A stretch of DNA of 38,745 nt, taken from assembly GCA_002338385.1 (NCBI GenBank), contig DDIE01000034.1, positions 22,828-61,572 on the forward strand, read 5' to 3'. Of this stretch, positions 11,443 through 20,765 are shown one piece after another. A model generated the notes under the pieces. The model did no database searches, was not told where the DNA came from, and saw only the letters and a program-made list of their open reading frames with translations. The position numbers and the translations under genes are program-made. The first letter of the stretch is position 1; each line of letters starts with the position of its first letter. The stretch comes from Proteobacteria bacterium UBA1858 (lineage in GTDB: Bacteria > Pseudomonadota > Gammaproteobacteria > UBA4575).

Positions 11443-11709
11443 TTAATCCAGCTCCAACATCTGCACATCTGAATATTGCAAAATTTGCATATCTAACTTT
11501 TGGATCGCGATTTTCTCAATACGTGCCTCATTCGACCATGCACTTTCCTCAAGTAGTAACTTCTCCCATTCCGTTTGAAGTTTGTTTTGACTGGCTTGCA
11601 AAGACTGCAGCTGAATAAAATATTTCCTCTGTAAATGCTTGCTATAAGCCAAGCCCGCAGCAGTGACTACAACCATCAAATAAAATATCAGTAACAGACG
11701 CAGTTTCAT
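11443..11709 (-). CDS. ftsL: Cell division protein FtsL
   Basis: 88 aa, TM helix plus coiled coil (EWEKLLLEESAW...RIEKIA); lies between rsmH and ftsI. Confidence 0.93.
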   Translation of the reverse strand: MKLRLLLIFYLMVVVTAAGLAYSKHLQRKYFIQLQSLQASQNKLQTEWEKLLLEESAWSNEARIEKIAIQKLDMQILQYSDVQMLELD

Positions 11710-12635
11710 TTGAATACCTTCTCTGCGATGCGTAAGCGGGCACTGCGTGATCTCGGATTATGCTCCATCTCCATCTCACCCGGACGGATCAATTTCCCAA
11801 TAGGCGCGAGATATTCTGCTGCCTGATGTTGGATTGGTAGCTTGGCCAAACTTTCCAGCGGCCGGCTGTTGCGGATAAAACGCTTGACGATTCTATCCTC
11901 TAGCGAATGGAAGCTAATGACAGCCAAGCGGCCAGTCATCTTAATTAATCGATAGGCCGCGGATAGGGCTATTGTTAATGCTTCTAACTCACCATTCACA
12001 GCAATTCGTAGTGCCTGAAAACTGCGTGTCGCTGGATGTATGCCTTGATAATGCCTGGGATAACACTGCTTTATTATTGTGGCTAACTGTAAGGTACTGT
12101 TGAGGCTTGTTTGTTGCTGGGCCTGCATGATGCTGGTAGCAATTTTTTTGGCATGACGTTCCTCGCCAAACTCTCTCAACACTGCGGTCAGTTGTTGCAG
12201 CGAACAGCTGGCCAACCACTCGGACGCCGTTTGCCCTACGGTATTATTCATGCGCATATCCAAAGGACCATCATGGCTAAAACTAAACCCACGCTGGGCA
12301 TCATCCAGTTGGGGTGAAGACACACCTAAATCAAAAAAAATACCATCAGTTTTGTTCAACAAATCGTACGTCTCTCCAATTTGCAGTAGATGCTCAAAGC
12401 TACTGTGTATAATCTCCACACGCGCATCATGCCTGTATTTCTCTGTCGCTGTTTGGATTGCTGTCAGGTCTTGATCCAGCACAAATAGTCTGCCTTGCTC
12501 AGATATTTTATTGAGGAAAATCTGACTATGACCGCCGCGCCCGAAAGTACAATCTATGTAGATACCATCAGGCTTAATATTCAGCGCTTGCAGGGATTCC
12601 TCAGGCAAAACTGGCACATGCGCTTGGCCATTCAT
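11706..12635 (-). CDS. rsmH: 16S rRNA m4C1402 methyltransferase
   Basis: HVPVL, DCTFGRGGHS, DLGVSSPQLD, SFHSLEDR and NPRSRSA motifs. Confidence 0.98.
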   Translation of the reverse strand: MNGQAHVPVLPEESLQALNIKPDGIYIDCTFGRGGHSQIFLNKISEQGRLFVLDQDLTAIQTATEKYRHDARVEIIHSSFEHLLQIGETYDLLNKTDGIFFDLGVSSPQLDDAQRGFSFSHDGPLDMRMNNTVGQTASEWLASCSLQQLTAVLREFGEERHAKKIATSIMQAQQQTSLNSTLQLATIIKQCYPRHYQGIHPATRSFQALRIAVNGELEALTIALSAAYRLIKMTGRLAVISFHSLEDRIVKRFIRNSRPLESLAKLPIQHQAAEYLAPIGKLIRPGEMEMEHNPRSRSARLRIAEKVFK

Positions 12636-12637
12636 AT

Positions 12638-13090
12638 TTAAAGAATTATCCGATCAAGCACAGATTCACCGTCATCCGAGTCAGCTTCATCCTGCAACCA
12701 TTCCTGAGTGTTATTGTTCCATCGGTCTTCGTCCCATAATTCAAATTTGTTACCCTGACCTAACAAAAAAACATTTTTCTTGAGGGCAGCAAATTCGCGT
12801 AATTCATTGGGCAGGAGCAGGCGCGACTGGGCATCAATCTCACATGGCTTGGCATAACCAAGATACAAACGATGCCAGCGTCTGACTTGCTTTCTGGCAT
12901 TTGGTAAGCTCAACAACTCGGACTCAACACGTTCCCATTCAGGGAAAGGGTATATCAGCAGACAACGATCAATATCGACCGTGATGACCAAATGGCCCCC
13001 ACAGGCGGCATTAATCTCATCCCGATGCTTAGTCGGAATGCTAATACGCCCTTTTGCGTCGATTGTTGTTGATGTTATGCCTCTAAACAT
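12638..13090 (-). CDS. mraZ: Division/cell wall cluster repressor MraZ
   Basis: MFRG...IDAKGR and a second IDAQSR repeat; head of the dcw cluster. Confidence 0.97.
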   Translation of the reverse strand: MFRGITSTTIDAKGRISIPTKHRDEINAACGGHLVITVDIDRCLLIYPFPEWERVESELLSLPNARKQVRRWHRLYLGYAKPCEIDAQSRLLLPNELREFAALKKNVFLLGQGNKFELWDEDRWNNNTQEWLQDEADSDDGESVLDRIIL

Positions 13091-13109
13091 GCCCTTTTAA
13101 CCTTGTTTT

Positions 13110-13144
13110 TTCACAAAAAACCACTTTTCCCCACTTTTTCACAC
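13110..13144 (-). promoter_or_regulatory. MraZ operator: four GTG-core boxes at exact 10-bp period
   Basis: Minus strand reads GTGTGAAAAA-GTGGGGAAAA-GTGGTTTTTT-GTGAA, matching the known MraZ GTGGG-type direct repeats. Confidence 0.85.
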
Positions 13145-13171
13145 TATAGGAATCAGTGAGTCAAATTGCAA
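13143..13171 (-). promoter_or_regulatory. sigma70 promoter of the dcw operon (Pmra-like)
   Basis: TTGCAA (13171-13166), 17-nt spacer, TATAGT (13148-13143), abutting the MraZ boxes. Confidence 0.75.
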
Positions 13172-13315
13172 GCAAAAACAGGTATAAATCGGGTGGTTTT
13201 CCCCTTTTAAGACAGTAACTTATCGCATATTAGCGGTGCAATATAGGGGGAATATTATTGTGTATTAGAGGCTTGACTCGCCTTGTTGAGAGTTTACTTT
13301 AAGTTTGGGTGGAGT

Positions 13316-13663
13316 GAGAGTTAATCAGTAAGCCGGGTTCTGTCGTGGACAGTCATTCATCTGAGATATTTGTCACCAAACACCTTATGCGACCTACCCG
13401 AGGACCATGTGGACCACATGTGGCTCGCGCCTGCCCTCCTATTTGGTCTTGCTCCAAGCGGGGTTTACCATGCCGTTGTTGTTACCAACACCGCGGTGCG
13501 CTCTTACCGCACCATTTCACCCTTACCTATCAATCTAGGCGGTATCTTTTCTGTTGCACTTTCCATGGACTCGCGCCCTCCAGGCGTTACCTGGCGCTCT
13601 GCCCTGTGGAGCCCGGACTTTCCTCTGTCGCAGCAGCGACAGCGACTGCCTCGATCAACTCTC
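13316..13663 (-). ncRNA. rnpB: RNase P RNA, bacterial type A
   Basis: Minus strand contains GAGGAAAGTCCGGGCTCC, GAAAGTGCAACAGAA, GGTAAACCCCGCTTGGAGCAAG and ACAGAACCCGGCTTA; 5' GAGAGTTGATC pairs with 3' GATTAACTCTC (P1); typical rsmI-rnpB-mraZ context. Confidence 0.97.
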
Positions 13664-13696
13664 ACCGGCACTCTACCATTAAAGCAAGTGATCCTG

Positions 13697-14539
13697 CTAT
13701 GACTGATGATAGTACTCAGCGGCCAGCTCATAGAGCAGATTTTTGGCCAGCGAAGACTGCGTGCGCGCCAGCTCGACCGCTGCCCGGTGACTCATTAATG
13801 GGCATATACACTCAAATAAGATACGCATTTTATTAATTTCGAGCTGAGTTGTTTCTGCGCCACTATCACCCTGCAATAAGATCACAAACTCACCCAAACA
13901 GGGAATGACCTGAGCGTGCAACTGTTGCACTATTTCGCCGACGCTGGCACTGACAATTTGTTCGTGCACTTTGGTCAGCTCGCGTGCAAGCATGATTCTG
14001 CGCTCAGCACCCAAGGTATCGCGAATATCCTCTAGTACCTCAATAATACGATGTTTGGTTTCATATAAGATTGTTGCCTGAGTATTTAGCGCCAGACGTG
14101 CCAGCTGTTGTCGTCGGGCAGTCTGCTTTGGCGCCAGATAGCCCTCGAAGCTGAATCGGCTGACATTAAAATCATTCACTGAGAGTGCGGTGATCGCTGC
14201 GCTGGCACCTGGCACGGGTATGACTTGAATATTGTTCTGCCTGCATCGCGCCACCAGGCTATGACCGGGATCGCTAATCAAAGGAGTACCCGCGTCCGTA
14301 ACGAGGGCGATGCGATGTCCTTGTGCTAACTTTGTTAAGACCTGGGGATCACGCTGCTCAGCATTGTGTTGATGATAGGATAACAGTGACTTTTTGATGC
14401 CATGCACAGTCAGAAGTTTTTGCGTCACACGCGTATCTTCAGCAAGTATTAAATCCACCTCAGCTAACACTCCCAGGGCGCGCAGAGTGATATCTTTAAG
14501 ATTTCCAATTGGCGTTGCAACAATATAAAGTAGAGACAA
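13697..14539 (-). CDS. rsmI: 16S rRNA Cm1402 2'-O-methyltransferase
   Basis: LYIVATPIGNL, AEDTR, DAGTPLISDPG and RELTK motifs. Start probably TTG 14539 (ORF track extends to 14608). Confidence 0.95.
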   Translation of the reverse strand: MSLLYIVATPIGNLKDITLRALGVLAEVDLILAEDTRVTQKLLTVHGIKKSLLSYHQHNAEQRDPQVLTKLAQGHRIALVTDAGTPLISDPGHSLVARCRQNNIQVIPVPGASAAITALSVNDFNVSRFSFEGYLAPKQTARRQQLARLALNTQATILYETKHRIIEVLEDIRDTLGAERRIMLARELTKVHEQIVSASVGEIVQQLHAQVIPCLGEFVILLQGDSGAETTQLEINKMRILFECICPLMSHRAAVELARTQSSLAKNLLYELAAEYYHQS

Positions 14540-14614
14540 AGTAGATATCCAAAAATAACTAAGAATACTGCGCACTAAATTGAGTTTAGCTGCGCAGCCA
14601 GTAAGCATATAACC

Positions 14615-16489
14615 ATGAATAATAAGCAGACGCTAGCGCTATCATATTGCATTATTGTATTCACCAGCCTGTTTTTAATCACTGGCTGTGGCACCTCCTT
14701 ACCGCGCTCAGATAGCGCCATCGCTGACAAAAACACTCAGGCTGAATTACTTATTCAGCAGCAGAAATATGCGCAAGCGGCTGAACTATATCTCCAGATT
14801 GCCCAACAAGCCGCAGCCGAAGATCAAGTTAGCTATCGCTTACAAGCAGCAGAAATCCTACTCATGGCTGCTGCACCCGAACAAGCGCTCACAACTCTGG
14901 CGCTGCTTGATAGCACGATACTCAGCCCGCAACAGTTGCTACGTTTTCAACTCATTGGGCTTGAGAGCTATACCCGCACAGCGCAATACGAGCAGGCCAG
15001 AGATATTCTGCGGGCGCTCAATATGAGCCAACTGAATGACTCCCAAACCCAGCAATACTTAGTCCTAAGCGCTGACATCTATGCCGCTACGGGCGACTAT
15101 CGAAGTGCGGTAGAGGCACATATCCAAATCGATCACTCGTCATACTTGGCAATAATTAAAGCAAACAATCAAGCAATCCTCTGGGACTTACTGACACAGT
15201 TGAATAGCCATCAACTCGCCCAGCTGCAAGCAAGCCAGGATCAAAATACTCAAGCTTGGCTGGCACTAGTGGCTGTCCAGCAGAAAATTTATGAAAACAC
15301 ACAACAGCTACAGTCAGCCATCGACCAATGGCGACTCAGTTACCCGCTCCACAGTATCAATCAGACACTCCTGACAGAAATCATTGCGCGTTACTCAAGC
15401 TATTTTGTAATCCCGAAAAAAATTGCGCTGCTATTACCTATGACTGGTCGCTACAGCACAATTGCGCAAGTGATTTATGCTGGTGTTAGCGCGGCACAAC
15501 AGCTTAATGAACACCCCGCTTATGCACCAGAAATTGTTTTATATGACACGGGTGAGAATGCCAATGAGATCATGCAGTATTATCAAGCGGCGGTAGACGA
15601 TGGCGCTGAATATATCATTGGTCCTCTCAATAAACAGGCAGTGGAGCTCATTGCCCAACAGGCCGAGCTAAGCGTACCCACCTTGACGCTTAACTACCTG
15701 CCAGCCGATATCAAGCCACCAAAAAATCTGTATCAGTTTGGGCTATTGCCTGAAGATGAAGCCAGCCAAGTGGCTGATCAGATGTTAGGCAACGGCTATC
15801 ACAATGTGCTCATCCTCACGCCACAGGGGGACTGGGAATCACGCCTAGTGACTGCTTTCAGTCAACGCTTTGATGAATTAGCAGGCAACATTCTGGATAT
15901 TAAGTTTTATGCCAAAGATAAAGTGGACTTCTCCGACCCTCTGAAACAAATCTTATTGATTGACCAGAGTGAGCTTAGACGTAAAGAATTAAATGCCACA
16001 CTGGGACAGAGAGTTGAATATCAGCCACGCCGTCGGCAAGATGCCGAGGCTATTTTCTTGGTTGCACGTCCTGAGTTAGCACGCTTAATTCGACCGCAGA
16101 TTAATTATCATTATGCGACTGACTTACCGGTTTATAGCACTTCACATATTTTCTCAGGCACTGAAAATAGCACTAAAGATAGAGATATAAATGAGGTTAT
16201 CTTCTGCGACATGCCATGGATTTTAGCCCCACAGGCGGACAACGCTATGCTCAGAGAATTGATTGAAATCGAAGCGGGAGACCGCTACCAAGATCTGCCA
16301 CGCTTCGCCGCTCTGGGTATTGATGCCTACCATCTGCCACTTGAGATCAATGCTTTATTAATTTCAGCTGATAAATCCTACCCGGGGGTCACTGGCAATC
16401 TCAGCATCACAGCTAACAATCATGTCTATCGCCAGTTAAGCTGGAGTAAATTCCGTAATGGACGTCCACGTCTAATCTCATCACCATGA
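14615..16489 (+). CDS. lpoA: PBP1A activator lipoprotein (LpoA/LppC family)
   Basis: Lipobox ITGC, TPR-like N-terminus, IALLLPMTG, IIGPL and LGIDAY motifs; rsmI-lpoA-yraN synteny. Confidence 0.92.
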   Translation: MNNKQTLALSYCIIVFTSLFLITGCGTSLPRSDSAIADKNTQAELLIQQQKYAQAAELYLQIAQQAAAEDQVSYRLQAAEILLMAAAPEQALTTLALLDSTILSPQQLLRFQLIGLESYTRTAQYEQARDILRALNMSQLNDSQTQQYLVLSADIYAATGDYRSAVEAHIQIDHSSYLAIIKANNQAILWDLLTQLNSHQLAQLQASQDQNTQAWLALVAVQQKIYENTQQLQSAIDQWRLSYPLHSINQTLLTEIIARYSSYFVIPKKIALLLPMTGRYSTIAQVIYAGVSAAQQLNEHPAYAPEIVLYDTGENANEIMQYYQAAVDDGAEYIIGPLNKQAVELIAQQAELSVPTLTLNYLPADIKPPKNLYQFGLLPEDEASQVADQMLGNGYHNVLILTPQGDWESRLVTAFSQRFDELAGNILDIKFYAKDKVDFSDPLKQILLIDQSELRRKELNATLGQRVEYQPRRRQDAEAIFLVARPELARLIRPQINYHYATDLPVYSTSHIFSGTENSTKDRDINEVIFCDMPWILAPQADNAMLRELIEIEAGDRYQDLPRFAALGIDAYHLPLEINALLISADKSYPGVTGNLSITANNHVYRQLSWSKFRNGRPRLISSP

Positions 16490-16511
16490 ATACACCTAAT
16501 GTATAAACAGC

Positions 16512-16859
16512 ATGAAAACTCAGCTGACAGGTAAAAAAGCTGAGGACGTAGCTTGCAGTTTTCTGATTAAAAATGGATTAGTATTAGTCACTCGTAATTA
16601 TCGCTGTCGTTTTGGTGAAATTGATCTAATCATGCAAGATGCTGACATGCTGGTTTTTGTCGAAGTACGTTATCGCAAAAATAACTCATTTGGAGATGGC
16701 GCAGAATCAGTCAATCAGCAAAAACAAAGGAAACTCATATTCACGGCAAATCAGTATTTGCTGCAGCACCCGCATAATGGACCCATGCGCTTCGACGTGG
16801 TGGCGCTGTCCGCCGAGCACACACCGCAGTGGATTAATAATGCTTTTAGTGATTTTTAG
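16512..16859 (+). CDS. yraN: YraN family (UPF0102) protein
   Basis: RNYRCRFGEIDLIM and VFVEVRYR motifs. Confidence 0.93.
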   Translation: MKTQLTGKKAEDVACSFLIKNGLVLVTRNYRCRFGEIDLIMQDADMLVFVEVRYRKNNSFGDGAESVNQQKQRKLIFTANQYLLQHPHNGPMRFDVVALSAEHTPQWINNAFSDF

Positions 16860-16870
16860 GTGATCAAATT

Positions 16871-18262
16871 ATGTCATTAGCTAAGGAAGTCGTTACCCAA
16901 CTAAATCTTATTTTCAGCCAGGATGCAGTATTGACTGAAGCTGCCGACTGCTGGGCGTATGGCTATGACAACAGCAAACTACACAGCCCACCAGATGCGG
17001 TGGTATTACCGACAACACATGAGCAAGTCGAACGCTGCGTTCAACTATGTAACCAGTTTAGTATTCCCATGACCGCGAGAGGGCGTGGAACCGGAACTAC
17101 TGGCGCTTCAATTCCAATCCGGAAAGGTCTTGTCATTTCACTGGAACGGATGAATAAGCTGCTTAGTTTTAATCGAGCTAACCTAAGTGTGCGTGTGCAG
17201 ACAGGTATTACCAACCAGGCCGTTCAAGATTACTTACATGCGCATGGCTTTTTCTGGGCGCCAGATCCTGGCAGCGCGGCTTACTGTTCAGTCGGGGGTA
17301 ACCTAGCCTGCAATGCGGCTGGCCCACGTGCGATCAAATATGGCACTACCCGCGACAATGTCCTACAGCTCAAAGCGGTGACTGGCAGTGGTAATACTAT
17401 TCATACTGGCAGTATTACCAGCAAAGGCGTAGTTGGTCTGGATTTGACCCGCTTATTGATTGGTTCTGAGGGCACCTTAGCCATCATCACTGAGGCTGAG
17501 TTGAAAATATTGCCACGGCCTGAACAGACCAATACCTTGCGCGTCATATTTAAAAATAGCCAGGGAGCATGTTCTGCAATAGAGAACTTGACCGCCTTGA
17601 GTGATCGCCCAGCAGCAATTGAATTCATGGATCAGCATGCCATTGGACTAATTAAAGAGTACAGCGATATCGACTTGCCAGCCGCGGCTAAGGCACTCCT
17701 GATGATTAATGTTGACGGCGATTCATCCACTCTGGCCAATGCCACAGCACGAGTGGAAGCTGCTGTTAAGAATGATGCATTGATTGAAATTAAACAGGCC
17801 AGCAGCGCGCAAGATAAACAGAACTTGTGGCAAGCACGTAAAGCGTTGTCACCGATTTTACGAACTATTGCGCCAAACAAAATTAATGAAGACATCGTCG
17901 TGCCAGTGCCCAATCTGGCTGCATTCGTGGCAGCACTGGACGAGCTCGCCAGTCACTATCAATTGCCGATCGTCAATTTTGGCCATGCTGGCAATGGCAA
18001 TCTGCATGTCAATATTATGTATGACGCCAGTGACAGCAAGCAAAATGATCACGCACAGCGATGTCTGGAGGATATTTTTGCGACTGCACTCAGACTCCAG
18101 GGCACCTTATCTGGTGAACACGGAATCGGTCTGGTCAAGAGAGAGTATGTCGGTCTAGAACTGGGTCGTGAGGAGTTAGCACTGATGCATAATATCAAGC
18201 GCCAGTTCGATCCAAACAATATTCTTAATGCGGATAAATCACTGCCTAGTCAGGCAAAGTAG
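16871..18262 (+). CDS. FAD-linked oxidase, GlcD/D-2-hydroxyacid dehydrogenase family
   Basis: RGRGTG, PDPGS, GSEGTL, GHAGNGNLH and SGEHGIG motifs; substrate not determinable from sequence. Confidence 0.85.
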   Translation: MSLAKEVVTQLNLIFSQDAVLTEAADCWAYGYDNSKLHSPPDAVVLPTTHEQVERCVQLCNQFSIPMTARGRGTGTTGASIPIRKGLVISLERMNKLLSFNRANLSVRVQTGITNQAVQDYLHAHGFFWAPDPGSAAYCSVGGNLACNAAGPRAIKYGTTRDNVLQLKAVTGSGNTIHTGSITSKGVVGLDLTRLLIGSEGTLAIITEAELKILPRPEQTNTLRVIFKNSQGACSAIENLTALSDRPAAIEFMDQHAIGLIKEYSDIDLPAAAKALLMINVDGDSSTLANATARVEAAVKNDALIEIKQASSAQDKQNLWQARKALSPILRTIAPNKINEDIVVPVPNLAAFVAALDELASHYQLPIVNFGHAGNGNLHVNIMYDASDSKQNDHAQRCLEDIFATALRLQGTLSGEHGIGLVKREYVGLELGREELALMHNIKRQFDPNNILNADKSLPSQAK

Positions 18263-18264
18263 AA

Positions 18265-19464
18265 TTATTTTGCTTGGGTAACATTATCCGCCAACGAATC
18301 TGGCAGGAAGTGTAGGATGGCAATACCTACCGTGACAATCAGCAGTGCCAGCGCCACGCCACCAAAGCCTAACAGAATCTCCCATATGCTCGGCGCATAT
18401 TGACCAACCACACCATCAAAGAAAGAGCTTGTCACTTGCATGCCAGGAAACATTTCCAAAGGAAAGGCTTGGCCACCGACCAGGATCACATAAATTTGCG
18501 CCATGCCCCCTAACAGTATCAGTAGACAGGCGGCAATTAGGCTGCGACGGCAATTTCGGGTTTGTGGCGCATAAATAAGTGCCAGTGGCAGCAAGCTCCC
18601 CAGACCGACTTGTACCACCCAGAAGAGCTGGGTGTAGATACCGCCATCCAAGAGCAGGAATTTCTCCACTGCATGATGTTCGGTGGCATACAGATTTGTT
18701 AAGTGGTGGACCGCAACGAAATACAACACGCTGGCAATAAACACGCCAAGCAAGTTACGCAGTTTATTGATTATATGATCACCCAGTGGACGTTCTGTCC
18801 ATTGATACGCCGCCAGCAGTACTAGGACATAAAACGCCAAACCAAAGGCAAACGACATAATAATAAACATTGGTGCCAGCATAGCCGTGTCATAGGCACT
18901 GCGTGCGACCAGAAAGCCAAAAATGGAACCGGTACCCGTAGTAAGGATCAGACGCCATATGAACGCCGCCAGACCTGCCTTTTTGCTGTATTTCTGCATC
19001 GGATAGTCCATCATCCACCACATGTAGATGCCAACAATGACAAAGAAACCTGTGTACAAGAAAATGTTCCAAGCAAAAATCGATTTGAAATTATAAGTCG
19101 TCATGGCCACGATCAGACGATCTGGACGACCGAGATCAAGCACAAGCACAGCTAGACCACCCGCGAGTAAGGCGAGTGCCAATAAGGCAGACAATCGCGC
19201 TAACGGTTTATATTCGACTTTGCCAAATACTGAAGCTACCGAGGCAACGTTGAGTGCGCCAGAAGCGGCCACAATGAGAAAGATGGCGAACACGTGCGGC
19301 AAACCCCACACGATTTGATTATTCATACCGGAAATAACATGACCGTGGACTTCCATGTGATGCGCTGATAATACGCCCACCAGAATGATTCCAGCAAGAC
19401 TAGCTAATAATGCCCAGTATTTTTTGGAACTGGCTGCGATGGCACTATATCGAATCGTATCCAT
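18265..19464 (-). CDS. dsrP: DsrP, NrfD/PsrC-type membrane subunit
   Basis: WGLPHVFAIFLIVAASG and LDLGRPDRL motifs; many TM helices; follows dsrO. Confidence 0.95.
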   Translation of the reverse strand: MDTIRYSAIAASSKKYWALLASLAGIILVGVLSAHHMEVHGHVISGMNNQIVWGLPHVFAIFLIVAASGALNVASVASVFGKVEYKPLARLSALLALALLAGGLAVLVLDLGRPDRLIVAMTTYNFKSIFAWNIFLYTGFFVIVGIYMWWMMDYPMQKYSKKAGLAAFIWRLILTTGTGSIFGFLVARSAYDTAMLAPMFIIMSFAFGLAFYVLVLLAAYQWTERPLGDHIINKLRNLLGVFIASVLYFVAVHHLTNLYATEHHAVEKFLLLDGGIYTQLFWVVQVGLGSLLPLALIYAPQTRNCRRSLIAACLLILLGGMAQIYVILVGGQAFPLEMFPGMQVTSSFFDGVVGQYAPSIWEILLGFGGVALALLIVTVGIAILHFLPDSLADNVTQAK

Positions 19465-19467
19465 AAT

Positions 19468-20250
19468 CTATAAACCTTGATAACGCACACCAGTGTTCAG
19501 ACCCAGATCGGCGCGGATCTGCGCACCGCCATAAGATTTGAGACGCTGTGATATTTCACTTTGAGGATCATTGAGATCACCAAAAGTAATTGCTTGATGG
19601 CCATCTTTTTGGCAGGCTTGCGCACATGCTGTGGTACCTTCACCTGCATCCAGCTTGTGCACACACATATTGCAACTTTCAACACAGCCCTTACCGCGCG
19701 GTGAATCCGGTAACTGATCATGCAGATCTTCATGCACGAATGAACGTGCCTTGTAGGGACAAGCCATCATGCAATAGCGACAGCCGATACATGTGTGCAT
19801 ATTGACTAATACAATACCATCAGCACGCTTGAATGATGCCCCAGTCGGACATACATCCACGCAGGGTGGATGCTCGCAGTGCTGGCACATGACAGGAAAT
19901 GTTTTACTGTTGCCGGTTTGAGTATCGGTGACTTTTAATTTGCGTATCCATTGTGAGTCTGTCATGGACTCTGGATCTGGCCAAAGACCATGCTCATCAT
20001 TACAGGCATCGACGCAAGCCGTGCAATCTTCGGTGCAGGCGTCAACGTTGACCAGCATGCCCCAACGCACCTCATCAGTGACGGGCTGATCGGCCGGCTT
20101 GGCTGCTGCTGTCTGATACAGCATCACGCCGGGCGCGATGGTCAAACCTGCAGCACCAACCACACCACCCATAAAAGAGCGTTTGCTATGGTCAGGTTCT
20201 GCTGGAGATTTTTTGAGCAGGGAATAGGCTTTAGTGACTATATTTTTCAT
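19468..20250 (-). CDS. dsrO: DsrO, periplasmic multi-[4Fe-4S] protein
   Basis: CQHCEHPPCVDVCP and CIGCRYCMMACP motifs; Tat-like leader. Confidence 0.96.
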   Translation of the reverse strand: MKNIVTKAYSLLKKSPAEPDHSKRSFMGGVVGAAGLTIAPGVMLYQTAAAKPADQPVTDEVRWGMLVNVDACTEDCTACVDACNDEHGLWPDPESMTDSQWIRKLKVTDTQTGNSKTFPVMCQHCEHPPCVDVCPTGASFKRADGIVLVNMHTCIGCRYCMMACPYKARSFVHEDLHDQLPDSPRGKGCVESCNMCVHKLDAGEGTTACAQACQKDGHQAITFGDLNDPQSEISQRLKSYGGAQIRADLGLNTGVRYQGL

Positions 20251-20252
20251 TA

Positions 20253-20726
20253 TTATTGAGCTGTCAAAAGCTTGCTATTAAGGATCAGATCGCTAGTACT
20301 GCTATGGGTGACATGATGAGGATGCTGACCATCTTTCTGGTACTTTTCAATGGACTCGCGAACGGCCTCTTCTGGACGATCAGAATGGCAGTGAAAGCAA
20401 TCAATGGTGACTGCTGTGTATTCGTGGCAGCTGGCACAAAAATGTTGCTCCTTATCTGAATAGCGGGCATATACGCCGGCATCATTCGCTGTTATGTGGC
20501 AGCTGATACAATTTTTGAGGCTATGTTTGGTCGTACGGATACCTTTCTTAACAGTCTCATCGCGCTGATGAAGAATTGTTTCGAAGTGATGCACGCGCAT
20601 CCACTCCGTTTCTTCGACACATTGGTCACCCTTTGGGGGTGGGATCTTGCTGCTCTCGGCAGCCGCCAGGGGGAGCAGTAAGATTAAGCTCACTAGCAGC
20701 ACCCTGACCGTAGTAGTCATTTTCAT
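20253..20726 (-). CDS. dsrJ: DsrJ, periplasmic triheme cytochrome c
   Basis: Signal peptide, three CxxCH (CISCH, CASCH, CFHCH) and the conserved QCVE cysteine. Confidence 0.93.
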   Translation of the reverse strand: MKMTTTVRVLLVSLILLLPLAAAESSKIPPPKGDQCVEETEWMRVHHFETILHQRDETVKKGIRTTKHSLKNCISCHITANDAGVYARYSDKEQHFCASCHEYTAVTIDCFHCHSDRPEEAVRESIEKYQKDGQHPHHVTHSSTSDLILNSKLLTAQ

Positions 20727-20765
20727 GTCGACTATCTTGACTCGTTTGATGTTAGCGGGAGTTGC

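Noticed and set aside
246-12474. Many 60-125-aa ORFs overlapping dcw genes
   Set aside because: Antisense or off-frame to well-supported genes, with no motifs. The same applies to the short ORFs inside the dsr genes.
13345-13836. ORFs of 163, 110 and 75 aa over the mraZ-rsmI gap
   Set aside because: Shadows of the RNase P RNA gene.
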